The notes: generated by a model not told the origin, from the sequence alone. A stretch of DNA of 63,735 nt, filler included, from Licmophora abbreviata (GCA_900291995.1; 12 parts of 12 records of this genome joined end to end with filler, not necessarily neighbours in it), one strand, 5' to 3'; shown: positions 1 to 11,662, counted from the whole stretch's first letter. Program-made: numbers and translations.

Positions 1-589
1 ATCTACTGCGGTTCTCTCACTGCGTTCTTTCCTTTTGCTTCCCAGAGAGCTGTCAGATAGTAGAGCCCCTGAAGACTGATCCCTTCGTCGATGAGATACC
101 ACCTTGGCTGTCGTTGTTCCATTGGCATATTACCAGGTACCGGTACCGGACGCAAAGCCGACGTCGCGCCAAAAACTTCAAGGATTGACTTCATCTGTCC
201 GTCACACGGCTGAGTCGTGATTGACCCACTCGACTACGAGCGTACAGGTCGTACTTCATTCGTTCACGTTCATTCCCGGAAACAAAGCATCAAACGCGTG
301 GAAGAGTGCTTTCTGAATCTTGGTTTTGATCAACCACATTTTTGCCCTACGTGGCTTCTAGTACAATGTGAGCGCGCCTGGCCAGCCGCTCCACGAAGAA
401 TAATACAGCATGAGTAGAATGCTACATAGATTCTGTGTTGCTCAACGATCACGATCGACCCAAGACTTTGACATGGATTTTCCACGATTGATGCTTCTTG
501 CGATGGCCTTCTCGTCTCACATTTCCATTGCTGGATCAAACACGAACAGAGAACTTTCAACTATTCCCGCACCTCAACTATCCAAGAAC

Positions 590-1126
590 ATGATTCACGA
601 AGGAGTTCGAAGACACGATGTCCTCTGTGGAAGAGGAGGAGCCACAAACAACCACTACGGAAACAGAATTTATCGAGAACTCGTTCGTTCTCATCAACCA
701 CGATATCTGATCGTCAAGAAGAATGACAAGTCCAAGATTTCCAGAAAGATCGTCTCAACAATCCGCGAACGAGGAGGTCGTTTCCTCCGAAGGGATACGG
801 TCACAGACTCGTGGGTAGATGTCGGAGACAAGAGGGCCGCGGAGAAAACGAGCCAGGCACTACGCGAGGGACTTGATGTTCGGAGTCGTACGGGAGTAAG
901 GCAACGCCGAAACAGCGAGTCCTCAATTGAAGACGGCCCTGTCTTAAAGCGACGCAAGCTCACAACCTGCACGTATGATGACTCCCCAGCTCTAGTGAGC
1001 CTTGCAGGAGATAGCCTGGCAATGCCCGATTTGGAGGAAGAAATCAACGAAAAGATAATGCCCCAGTTCATCTACCATTCGCCCCCGGTTTCGACCGACG
1101 ATTGCGACGATGTTGCTCAGGTCTGA
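590..1126 (+). CDS. DUF6824-domain protein (diatom-expanded 'DVLCGRG' family)
   Basis: The motif HDVLCGRGGATNNHYGN...YRELV...KSKISRKIVSTIRERGGRFL...W..VGDKRAAEKTSQALRE is typical of DUF6824. The ORF opens at 410; ATG 590 lies just before the domain. Confidence 0.8.
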   Translation: MIHEGVRRHDVLCGRGGATNNHYGNRIYRELVRSHQPRYLIVKKNDKSKISRKIVSTIRERGGRFLRRDTVTDSWVDVGDKRAAEKTSQALREGLDVRSRTGVRQRRNSESSIEDGPVLKRRKLTTCTYDDSPALVSLAGDSLAMPDLEEEINEKIMPQFIYHSPPVSTDDCDDVAQV

Positions 1127-1877
1127 GAAGTTCACTGTATAGTTGCTCGTGAAGAAAATATGTGGGGCAGGGGCTTTCGATTGATTCATAGATGCTTCGA
1201 CAACGCCAGCAGTTTGTCTACTGCAGGTCTCTTAAGATGACCATGATGTTGCGTTTACGTGTTGGTATGAGTAAAAATATTAAAGCTTATATCATGGCTA
1301 TTGACTCGTAGATTTGATTGAGTCGGGGAAGTTAACGCACCAAAGACCACTCGACATTCGTCATTCATCGGTATGTTCCACGAACAACCGTTCGTATCTG
1401 TAGTGTAGTATGCCAACCTTTTCAGATTCCGGAAAACAGCGAGAACCGTTCGACTTACGCAGTCTCTGGCTCTCTCTCTAGAGTCACGGCTGTAACTTAT
1501 GTCTGAAGGTAGCACTCCGCCCCTTGTCCTGTTATACTGTTACCTGGTAGACCTCAGAGGTCACTTCAATAGAGATGTACTCCGCGTCTTCCTCTTTTCT
1601 TCATCAAGAGCAAAATGCGATCTATTCTAAGCGCTCGAGCCATGCATTACCTGTGCTATGTTCAATAAATTACGAGCTATGAGCGCTAGAGTTTGGCGCC
1701 TTTTCCCCTACGTCGTGTGTGATGTTGGATGGGGTGGGGTGCGCTCCAGGTTCACGCTCACAAAGCTGCGGACTGTCTACTTTGAACTTGCTGGTGCCTC
1801 CGTTCCTGGCCTCACGCCCCACCTCGGAGCGAGAGGAGTTTCTGCAATCGATACCCTGTCCGGAACTTGGTTTGAGC

Positions 1878-3551
1878 ATGATATCCTACTGGTCCTTTCG
1901 ACTGCTCAGCCGTGCTTCTTTGATAGCCTGTTTACTTTGGCCACTGACTGTAGAGGCTGACAAGCAACCGTCTGACTTTCTCGTGGAAGGCCTCGAAGAT
2001 GTCGAACCTGCGTTTGAGCAGTTTCAAGGGAAGATGTACAGTGGACTCTTGCCCATAGACAATCGGAACCGTAACGGGGAGCTTATGTTTTGGCTATTTG
2101 CTCCAGATCAAGCCGTAGCTGATGGCACTTTGACCGTCTGGCTAAATGGAGGGCCAGGCTGCTCGGCCTTCTTTGCCGGTATATTCTTTGAACATGGACC
2201 CGTCACTGTCCCTCTGAGTCCAGCTGGTAGCTGCTGCGTTGGGCAAAACGAGCCCTTTGTCTATAACCCGCACACTTGGGCCACCGCGACTCACATGCTG
2301 TATGTCGAACAGCCCGTCGGTGTTGGATTCAGCACGGGCGAACCGGAACCCAGCGACGAGGCGGATCTCGCCAGCGATTTCTATTCATTTTTGCAAAGCT
2401 TTTACTCTGTCTTTACTCGATATGGGACCTATGAACTCTTTTTGTTTGGAGAATCGTACGCAGGCATGTACGTACCGTCAATAGCACGCGAGATCTACAA
2501 TCGAAACAACAACGACCCCGACAACGGGCCCATCCCACTGGCCGGAATCGGAATTGGCAATGGCTTGCTGGACTCACGCGTACAAGGCAAAATCCGCACA
2601 ACATGGGCTTACTATCATGGTATCATCGACTCTTATACGCATGACATGCTAAATGAACTGTGGGATCAATGCATGGAACAGAAGCCAATGCGTGAACCAT
2701 TTCATTCCTTCAATGTTCCTGACGATTGCGGCATGCTTTCGGCCATTCCCCTAGCCGCTGGCAAGAACGCCATACCTGAGTTTCCGTTCGGACCCAACGT
2801 TTATGACATGTCAACTTGGGATCCATATGCAATTCTTTCAGGAGACAACAGTATCAGTCGATTCTACAACAATCCTGCTGTGAAAGCAAAACTACATGCG
2901 CCAACAGACACGCTTTGGCTGGGGTGCGTTCCCGGCGCAGGTCGAAGGCGACTACGAGAACGAGATCTAATGACGTCTTTGTTGATTAATGACAAGCCAG
3001 TTAGTACTGTCCCTTACATTTCCGAGCTCTTGGACGGAGGCGTTCGCGTCATCATGTACAATGGCGATCGCGACATGGCTTGCAACGCTGCAGGCACCGA
3101 ACAACTCTTGAACAATATGAAGTGGAACGGTGCTAGCGAGTGGTATACGACGGCAAGAGGCTTGTGGTCTATTGGCAAGGAGCCCGCGGGCTATGCCAAA
3201 TCGCACAAGAACTTGGACTTCGTCGTCTTGTACAACAGCGGGCACCTTGCGCCCTACAACAAACCAGCTAACGCACTTGATTTGATCACCCGATTCCTTA
3301 CAAACACGAGCTTTTACGACTATGAACTCCCCAATTTTGGAGAGTTTGTGACACAACCAGAGAAGAAGACAATCACAAGGCTTTCGGAAGATGCGTTGCT
3401 TTCTCAGTCCTCGATACAAGAATCAGTGCGCCAATCTACAACATCGGTTTTCCATGGATCTGATGTGCTCCCTTTGCTTTCGGCGTTTCTGATTGGATTT
3501 GGCGTTGCCTACGCATGGCATCGGCGTAGAAGCGATTATCGACAAATCTAA
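1878..3551 (+). CDS. Serine carboxypeptidase S10 (Kex1-like, signal peptide + C-terminal TM)
   Basis: Motifs WLNGGPGCS, GESYAG (catalytic Ser), NGDRDMAC (Asp) and SGHLAP (His). Signal peptide from ATG 1878. C-terminal hydrophobic helix followed by RRRSDYRQI. Confidence 0.92.
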   Translation: MISYWSFRLLSRASLIACLLWPLTVEADKQPSDFLVEGLEDVEPAFEQFQGKMYSGLLPIDNRNRNGELMFWLFAPDQAVADGTLTVWLNGGPGCSAFFAGIFFEHGPVTVPLSPAGSCCVGQNEPFVYNPHTWATATHMLYVEQPVGVGFSTGEPEPSDEADLASDFYSFLQSFYSVFTRYGTYELFLFGESYAGMYVPSIAREIYNRNNNDPDNGPIPLAGIGIGNGLLDSRVQGKIRTTWAYYHGIIDSYTHDMLNELWDQCMEQKPMREPFHSFNVPDDCGMLSAIPLAAGKNAIPEFPFGPNVYDMSTWDPYAILSGDNSISRFYNNPAVKAKLHAPTDTLWLGCVPGAGRRRLRERDLMTSLLINDKPVSTVPYISELLDGGVRVIMYNGDRDMACNAAGTEQLLNNMKWNGASEWYTTARGLWSIGKEPAGYAKSHKNLDFVVLYNSGHLAPYNKPANALDLITRFLTNTSFYDYELPNFGEFVTQPEKKTITRLSEDALLSQSSIQESVRQSTTSVFHGSDVLPLLSAFLIGFGVAYAWHRRRSDYRQI

Positions 3552-3703
3552 CTTGATTAAGGTGCAAATGTACTAAACTAACCAATCGTAATTGCTAAAC
3601 TAACCAATGTAAACTAAACTGCACTTACCAAGAGTGAGACGAACTCCGTAAGCATCTACCCTTTTGACCCTGCTATTGTCCGATCACCGACCATCACAAA
3701 TTT

Positions 3704-5027
3704 TCAGGCTTTCATGGAGACTTCCGCGTCTTTGAGATCGACAAATGAAGGCGCGCGACCGAGGCCGTTCGCCTGCATCTCGGGGCAAACTTCGATTTCA
3801 TTGTGGCTGTAGGCTTCATTGTACCAGTCCACGGTGCGGCGAATGCCGTCCTCGAACGACACTTTGGAACGGTATCCCAAAAGGCGACTCGCCTTGGTGA
3901 CGTCTGCGCAGGTGTAAGGGACATCGCCCGGCTGATCGGGCATGACACGAATGACCGCCTTCCTGCCCGTGTGCTTCTGGACTAGGTCAATAAACTCTTT
4001 GAGGGAGGTGCCACTTCCCTTGCCGAGATTGAAGATCTCGTAAGGGTGCGGGCGATCAACGGAACGAACAATACCATCGACGATATCGTCAATGTACGTG
4101 TAGTCACGAGAGGAAGAGCCATCGCCGAACTGTTGGATTTCCACCCCACGACTCACACGATCAATAAACTTGAAGGGTGCCATGTCGGGGCGACCACGCG
4201 GGCCGTACACAGTGAAGAAGCGAAGGCCAGTCACATTGAGCTTGTACAGATGATGGTATGTGTAGGCCAGGAGCTCACATGCTTTCTTACTGGCAGCATA
4301 AGGAGACACTGGATTATCCACACACTCCTCCTCGGAGAAGAAGGTCGACTTGGACCCGCCATAGACGGAAGAAGAGGATGCAAACACAAAGTTCCGAACA
4401 CCAAACCTGCGCGATAGTTCCATCAACTGAGTAGTTCCCTTGATGTTTGAGTGAATCTAAAGTAGTGTACAAGTCAAGTCGAGTTGAAGTATGAGCGACT
4501 TGACACAACGGACACGATGCGGCGTCAAGGCGATGGTCACTTACGTATACATAGGGATCCTGAATGGAAGGACGAACACCGGCGCGGGCAGCCATGTGAC
4601 ACACCCACTCAGGTCGTTCCTTCTCGAAAAGTGTCTCCATGAGCTCTGCATCACAGATATCACCACGATAAATACTGAGACGGTCATTCGAGGGGTAGCG
4701 CTTGCGGAGGAGGGCCAAATTTCCTTCCTTAATCTTGACGTCGTAGTAATCATTCATCTCATCCACGATGACAACGTCGTCACCTCGTTCCAAGAGGAAC
4801 TGAGCCACGTGACTTCCTACGAACCCAGCTCCCCCCGTCACTAGAACCTTCTTGTACCCCACGTGCGGCTTCACTTTGGCTTCCGACTCATCATCGGACA
4901 AATCCGAGAGGCAGATGGTGCTCCCACTGCGGGCCATGGAGGGCACATCCGTGCTCTCGTTTGAGCTCTCGTACTCGGGGAGAGCGTTATGAAGAACGGG
5001 CATACTGGGAACGTGTTGAATAGTCAT
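3704..5027 (-). CDS. GAE: UDP-glucuronate 4-epimerase-like NAD-dependent epimerase (2 exons; intron 4457-4544)
   Basis: Motifs VLVTGGAGFVG, HMAARAGVRPS, ASSSSVYG, YAASK, RFFTVYGPRGRPDMA. A GTAAGT...TAG intron joins PYVY|IHSNIKGT in frame. Confidence 0.9.
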
Positions 5028-6818
5028 GTTGCAGGTTTCGTAAGAGAGTTTGCGTGTCGTGCTACGATTTCAAGCTAGAGAGCTTTGGTTCCGCCTGAGG
5101 AGACGAGCAATGACCGCAATCAGTTGTGTGAGAGAAAATTGCCGCCTTGGTCAAACGTGGACTTGTTGCTGAGATCGGTAGCTGCGTCTTGATCCTTGTA
5201 GAGTCGAGACAGGTAGAGGAGACGTCCATCCAGAAGGCGCAGTGCATACGAATCGACGCCAAGAAAGCAGGACACACGACCACATTCGAAAACGAAGCCT
5301 CACCTTTCACGCAAGATTGTCTAAAGCCGCTGTGGGGGAAAATTTTGACTGATTTCAGTATGTCCCTCTTGATTTCGAGGAACGATACGAGTGGATGAAC
5401 GAATGGAACTCAACGACAAGCTCCGCTCTTTTACAAATCGAGGACGCTTTGTGTATTGTGGGTGATGGCTCACACAACTTTGATGAGAACGAGAAGGTTG
5501 CGGGCGAGACGCAAGAGAAGTTGAACCCGCGCTGACGAGGTTGTGACCCAAAACCTGTCCGAGTCATCGTAGAAACCTACGCAGTTCCCCAATGATGAAT
5601 CAGTCATTTCCGAGATCTCTTACGTCACCGACCCGCGACTCTTGAATTTTGGCCAATCAGAATGAGAGCTGAAGGCGCACGAACTCGAACCGACAGGCTT
5701 CTTGTTCATCCGAATTCTCAGGGGAGTTAGACCAAACATGGGTGGCTACGTGCGCAGCTCTTGCTGCTTACCAAGGTTACTCTACTTCTCTAGCTAGAGT
5801 AGCCAGGTCACCTTGGATGCGTGAGCCAATATTGGAGGGGCAACTCAAAGACCAACCTTATCCTCAAACAGGAATTGCCTTATGTAGCAATTATCTGCTC
5901 ACGAGTACGGTGATCTAGCCGCTAGTTCGAAGACTACACGGGGGCTCACTGTCCCGTAATGTGATCTAGGAATTCCGCTTCATGCAATTTGCGGCATTAG
6001 TCGAGATAGGGGAGACAACACACATGACTGAGGAGCCTATAGAGGTGGCAAACCCGGCTGGCGGATTGCTGTGGAAGCTGCAGGGCACGATAGATCATAC
6101 GCATACTACTTGTACCATGTATATCATACTGGTGCTTCGTAACATGCAGAAGGAGAGCCATCCTTCCGGACATGTCATATGCAGATGGTATCGGATGAGA
6201 TATCACGTCTCGCCGACGAGCCTGCCATTCTCCGTTCTGGGTTGTGTGACCACAATCGGAGATTAGAGGAAAGCTCAGCCCACGTGCCATAAGTACCAGC
6301 TGCATCACGTGACAGTACAGAATTTTTGTCTGAACGCTCAGAAGCTTGCAGCAAGGTTGCTTCCTACCGGTATTGAAGTCTTGGTCCACTAGAGCTGACC
6401 GCAACAGCAGCCGGAACCCACGCCTTCGCGGATCGAGCAATGCAACGAAACGATGGAGACTTGCTGGCCCGCATTCCCACACAGGGGGCTCAATACGGTC
6501 CAGCTCTGGTAGCCAAGATCCCCGGACCGGGGAAGGATACATGTCCACAGCTAATAAGGCACCCTCCAATGACCCATTGGGCACGTACGGAAACGGAAAT
6601 TGGAAACAGAGAAGCTACTCAACTCAGCGGAAAGAACAGTTAACCCATATGGAAAAGATCGCTATCCGCACCAATTCCATTATCGCTATCCGCGCCTCGA
6701 TCGCTCTCATCTGAGCAACGCCTTCGGGCATAATCAGCTTGCGCCGACATTTAGTCTTGAGGACATCATCATCATGTGAGATGCATTCTTGGTTCATGGC
6801 GTGGTGTTCGAGCGATAC

Positions 6819-8997
6819 TTAGTACCGCTCGTATCCTCCACCGCCGCCTCCGTATCCACCGCGATCGTCATAGCCCCCGCCGCCTCCTCCTCCGCCGCCT
6901 CCATATCCACCTAGTGAAACAAAACATACAAAACAGTGAGGTCATTATGCTGGCATTGGGTCTCTAGTAGAGAAGCGTTCGGCCGCGCAATCAGTCGTTC
7001 GCCCTGGCAAGAGGGTCTCGGAGGACATTGTACACTTGGAGAGCGTCAAATTTGGCATGGTGAAGGTGCGTCAAAATGTGGACCAGCATTTGGGTTCATG
7101 GACTCTTCGGGGACAACCTTCAGGCGTTAATACAACGTCGAGCATCCGCCTGGCCGCCAGCGCAGAATCACTCAGCACGGAATGTCTTCGAGATTAATCG
7201 ACGTCGGCGAGTTTGTCAAAACCGTCCTTCGCGAGGGGAGCCAGATTGTGCAAAAACCAAGTCTGCACTGAAGGCAAGCTGGGGACAGGACCGGGGATCT
7301 CTTGGACGTACCCTTTAGGAGAAGTCGAGAATGGGACCAGGAGCATTCACGGTCGAACCAAGAGATCGCGTCAAGGTGCTCAAGCTGAGATAGGAGCATG
7401 GTGGAATATGTCTCTCCGCTCTAGGTGCAAGGAGAAAGATCAATCACTGGACTTCGTCTTGGGGAACACCACAACAACCAGAAGGAAGGCGAAGTGGACT
7501 TGGGGCCACCTTGGGGTCGTCTTGCCTCGCGAACAACTGCCTTTCGCCTCTTGCCAGCTAGCCAATCTGAACGCTGTTCTTGTGCGCGGCCTGCATCACC
7601 AGGACACGAATGGGAGATTTCAGGACACACACCATATATCACTTACCACCACCGCTTCCGCCGCCGTAGCCGTCATTGTACGAGTCGTAGCGTCCTCCCC
7701 CTCCGCCACGCCCTCCACCATAGCCTCCACCGCTGTAGCCTCCTGTTGAAATGGAAGAAGCGAAAGAATGTTAGCTCAATCCATAACTCGAAAATGAAGG
7801 AGCAGCAAGCAAAGTCGAAGACGGCGCAAAGATGCAGGGCAGTTTGCGCTTCTTTGTCACAATAAGTCGAGACCATCACTCTTGCGACAAAACACCATAT
7901 AACTTACCACCGCCGCCGCCACCATAGCCATCACTGTACGAGTCCTGGCGTCCGCCGCCGCGGCCTCCATAGCCACCGCCGCCGCCTCCACCACTGTATC
8001 CTCCTCCTGTTGAAATGCGAGACAATCGAAATGGTTAATGATGATCCAGAGGCGAAGGATTGAAGTGGGCGACGAGGAGTAACATTGTAAAAGCTCCAAG
8101 AGGCATTTTCTAGACATCATGCCTCAACGCCAGATCACTTACCACCACTGTAGCCTCCACCATAGCCGCTGTCGTTGTAGCCTCCTCCACTATATCCGCC
8201 GCCACCTCCATATCCGCCGCCACCACGGCCGCCGCCACCTCCCTTGGGCTGGGCCTCGTTGACACGCAACGTACGACCATCAAGTTCTTGGCCGTTGATC
8301 TTCTCACAGGCTTGTTCTGCATCCGCAGCCGGCATGGTGATGAACGCGAAACCACGAACCTTGCCCGTGTCCCGATCAGTCGGCAAGAAGCAGTCACTCA
8401 CAGTGCCATACTGTTCAAAGAGACGGCGCACAGCTTCTTCGGGAGTATCGAAAGCGAGATTCCCGACGTAGAGCTTGACACTTTCGTTGCCGGCCGAGTT
8501 AAAGCCACCTGCACCTCCAGGTCCTGCGCCCTTCGGGCGACTCTCATTAACGCGAATGGTACGGCCATCCAACTGAGCCTGGTCCATCTTGCTAATGGCA
8601 GCCTCGCCCTCGGCACGGCTGGCGAAGGTCACGAATCCAAAGCCGCGAGGACGGTTCGTGGCCCGTTCCACAGGGAGAAAGACATCTGTGATGCTTCCAA
8701 ACTGACCAAACTCCTGACGGAGACGGTTTTCGTCAGTAGCTGCGACGGTAGAAGAACAGGAGACAAGAAGTGCGGGTGAGATTGGGCTACTGGGTTGAAG
8801 ATACGATTGCTCCGTAGAAACAATACTGAGTGCCACGATACGATCATTGGCATCAACTTGTCGCCCACGCGCTTTCTTCCGCACCGATGATCTCATCCGT
8901 CGCTTCAGAAAGCACCACCACCACACCGAGGATTCACTGGTTCAGACTTCGACTTACAGTAATCGAGATTGCCAATGTAAAGCTTGCACTCATCGCC
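6819..8997 (-). CDS. Glycine-rich RNA-binding protein with two RRMs; exons 8958-8997 (5' cut by gap), 8143-8739, 7908-8006, 7647-7742, 6819-6910
   Basis: RNP2/RNP1 motifs KLYIGNL...RGFGFVTF and KLYVGNL...RGFAFITM. All four introns are GTAAGT...YAG and phase 1, giving a continuous GGY/RGG tail that ends GGGYERY*. Confidence 0.9.
7312..7420 (-). other. Candidate poison (PTC-containing) cassette exon in the last intron of the glycine-rich RBP gene
   Basis: Minus strand: TGATTGATCTTTCTCCTTGCACCTAG|109 nt|GTACGT. In the incoming phase 1 it reads [13 protein letters not shown], with TGA at 7382-7380. Confidence 0.55.
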
Positions 8998-9097
8998 NNN
9001 NNNNNNNNNNNNNNNNNNNNNNNNNNNNNNNNNNNNNNNNNTTAATTAATTAANNNNNNNNNNNNNNNNNNNNNNNNNNNNNNNNNNNNNNNNNNNN
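8998..9097. other. Artificial contig spacer N44-TTAATTAATTAA-N44 (also at 10126, 14852, 18127, 23937, 30996, 38341, 46403, 48699, 54536, 62096; each 100 nt)
   Basis: Identical 100-nt blocks with a stop-in-six-frames linker. At two of them the flanks overlap exactly (23888-23936 = 24037-24085; 38310-38340 = 38441-38471). Confidence 0.98.
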
Positions 9098-9246
9098 AGA
9101 AACTGGAACAGGGTTCGTTTTCCGTTTTCAGTTTTCAAACAACAAACCAGACCAACACAGACCATGAAAAGGGATGTTGACTGCTTCGTAAGACTCATTG
9201 TAGAAATAGAGAAGAGCGAGTACAAGCTGCCAATCACTTGGAAGCC

Positions 9247-9780
9247 ATGACTTCACGCTGCAACGATCAAACAGATACCGCGGACGAGTCATTGGTCGCA
9301 ACGAGGGTCGCCTTCTTCGAAAAGACCGAGTTACCGATCACACCAACGCATCATATCGAAGTGTCCATGGGACAGACCAAAGAATCTTATGTGAAAAACG
9401 ACGAGACGAGTTTCAAGCTGTTCCTGCAGGCAATCGGTGAAGATCCTTCGCATCACTATCGATTGCTGGAGGACCCCAAGTTCCTGCAGCTGACCGTGGC
9501 TTGGTCCGAGTGCCTTGAGGAGAGAACGAATCAACGACAAAAGGACGAAACATATTATCATATTTCTGACGATCTGGATATCCTAGACGCCTTCGTATAC
9601 GCAGATAGTCATCGCAGCTGCTCCCTGGAGGCGAGTGCTATTCAGCTGCTCACTTCTCCACGCTCATTTGAGGACGAGGGAGACTGCGACTGGTTTGGCA
9701 ACCCCAAAATAGAAGAGCTCAGTTCCAGGATAAAAGCACTGAGCAGTATGGTCGAATCTTGGACTTTCTGGGCATCTTGA
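9247..9780 (+). CDS. Hypothetical protein
   Basis: 177-aa ORF from ATG 9247 with protein-like acidic composition and no recognised motif. Confidence 0.5.
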   Translation: MTSRCNDQTDTADESLVATRVAFFEKTELPITPTHHIEVSMGQTKESYVKNDETSFKLFLQAIGEDPSHHYRLLEDPKFLQLTVAWSECLEERTNQRQKDETYYHISDDLDILDAFVYADSHRSCSLEASAIQLLTSPRSFEDEGDCDWFGNPKIEELSSRIKALSSMVESWTFWAS

Positions 9781-10225
9781 TCGATGGAGGGCTAAGACGT
9801 TTGACGAGACTTTTACATCAATATTGAACTAAAACATAAACTTTATCATCTCATGCAAACCAATCCCGCAGCGCATTTGTCGAATAGCATAGACAGTCTG
9901 TGCACCCCTAGTGCCCAGGTGGGACTCGCATGAACCCTTCAGCGGCGCCACTGCTTCTGAAAGCACAGCCCACCAGTCGCTCCGCTCATCATCATCATGG
10001 CGATATCCGCGCATCCTGGTTGTGGGAGGTACTCAGTCTGTTCATACTCCCGCGCCGCATGTCGTCGCGGCTGCATATTTGAGTTCAACAACACATCGTC
10101 GTCATCCTCCGGATCAGGGCTCGTGNNNNNNNNNNNNNNNNNNNNNNNNNNNNNNNNNNNNNNNNNNNNTTAATTAATTAANNNNNNNNNNNNNNNNNNN
10201 NNNNNNNNNNNNNNNNNNNNNNNNN

Positions 10226-10723
10226 CTGAGTCGAAGGGTGGCGTCCCTCGCGGCTATTGGAAGGCGCGCCGCCAGGGCGACTGACTGGAGAGCTCGGCGG
10301 GTAGCGATAGTAGCCTGAAGGCGGGGCGTGGCGGTTCGTCGGCGCAGGGCGAGGAGGCCTGGTACTGCGCGGTGGAGAGTCATCCTTGCGACTGCCATGG
10401 TTCGGAGAAATCACATTGATGTCGTCTCCGGGATATCCAGCAGGCTGAGAATACTGCACGTGAGGGCTGTAGTGCTGGTTCTGGTTATATCCTTCCTCGA
10501 AAGATCCTGAATGATTACTGTACGGCACCGTCATCGGATGAGGCGGGTACTCTCCTCCATAAGGTACTGGGGGACCGTAGCCGAAGGAACCACTGCCATG
10601 AGTGGGGGGAGGGCCTCCATACGAGGGGGTCCTGGCAGCATCACGAGAGCGACCCCGGGATGAGTTTGCGTCACCGCGAAAGACATTTTGAGCAGTCGCT
10701 TTGTTTCTGGATTCGGCAGACAT
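10226..10723 (-). CDS. Pro/Tyr/Ser/Gly-rich low-complexity N-terminal fragment (3' end lost in gap)
   Basis: Open frame MSAESRNK...YGPPVPYGGEYPPHP... running into the spacer. Composition resembles disordered regions of regulatory proteins. Confidence 0.5.
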
Positions 10724-11662
10724 AAGCACCTTCGGGTTTGATCCCTCGGGCCCGAGCACGATTTCTACGCCCTCATCATCAGAGTATTGACCAGAGGAGT
10801 GTCGCGGACCCCAGCTGAGCGATGACTGTCGTTCCCATATGCACCTTCGTAGTGCAGTTGGGGTTCACCCGGAGGCAGAGCATGAGAGACTTCTTCTCTT
10901 CCCATTCTTTGCTTTGTACGTCTCTTTCTTTTTTCGTTCGTCAACAAGAGTCTTTCCTTGACGAGTCTTGGCAAGAAGGGTTTAAACAAGATGCAATAAC
11001 GTCCTCAACACAATGCCCACACCCCAAAGTGCTAGTCGAATGTGATGAAACGGCAACGCCCTCTGGAGGTGGCCGTGACGCTGTAGATTCTACGTGCACA
11101 CTGGTATTGATTTCTCCTGAATAACCTGCGGAAAAGCCGGGAAAGAAAATTTTGGTTCTCAACGGACACACTCCTTCAAAAAGACAGAATATGCATATAT
11201 ACATAGCGTAATACATATATGAAATTGTTGCTATTCAGCTTGAATAGAGCATTTACTCAACTCCAGAAAGCGGGAATTGCACTCAAGTTCGAAAGTGCGC
11301 TGAGCCAGACGGGCGCGCCAATTTTGTAAAAGCATCAGTTGGGTTTCTACTATAGAGATCAAGTTTTTTGATGCATTTTTTTAAAAGTCATCGCAGACCT
11401 CACATTGCAGCTACCAGCTACTCGTACTAGGGTTACGGTGCCCACTACGATAATGACAGTCACGGTAGGGACTCACAGACCCTGTCAGCATACCAACATA
11501 TCGTTGTTTAGCCTTTCTCCTTCGCTCTCAGACCCCAAAAGACGTGGAGTACTAGACTCTACGTACAGGTAAGGGTTTGATACCGGGTCACATCCAGGTC
11601 TCAATAGGGTAGCTGGTACCAGGTACACATTTTCTGACACTTAAGTGGAGTGCACTCATGCC

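Noticed and set aside
5681..5691. GGTTCGAGTTC (minus strand) resembling a tRNA T-loop/B box
   Set aside because: No acceptor stem, D arm or anticodon arm could be folded around it.
5997..6584. 195-aa minus-strand ORF downstream of the GRP gene
   Set aside because: No motif, atypical composition and overlapping ORFs on both strands; cannot be supported.
9042..9053. TTAATTAATTAA recurring 11 times as a possible repeat, CRISPR-like element or target-site duplication
   Set aside because: It is always centred in a 100-nt N block; this is an artificial six-frame-stop linker.
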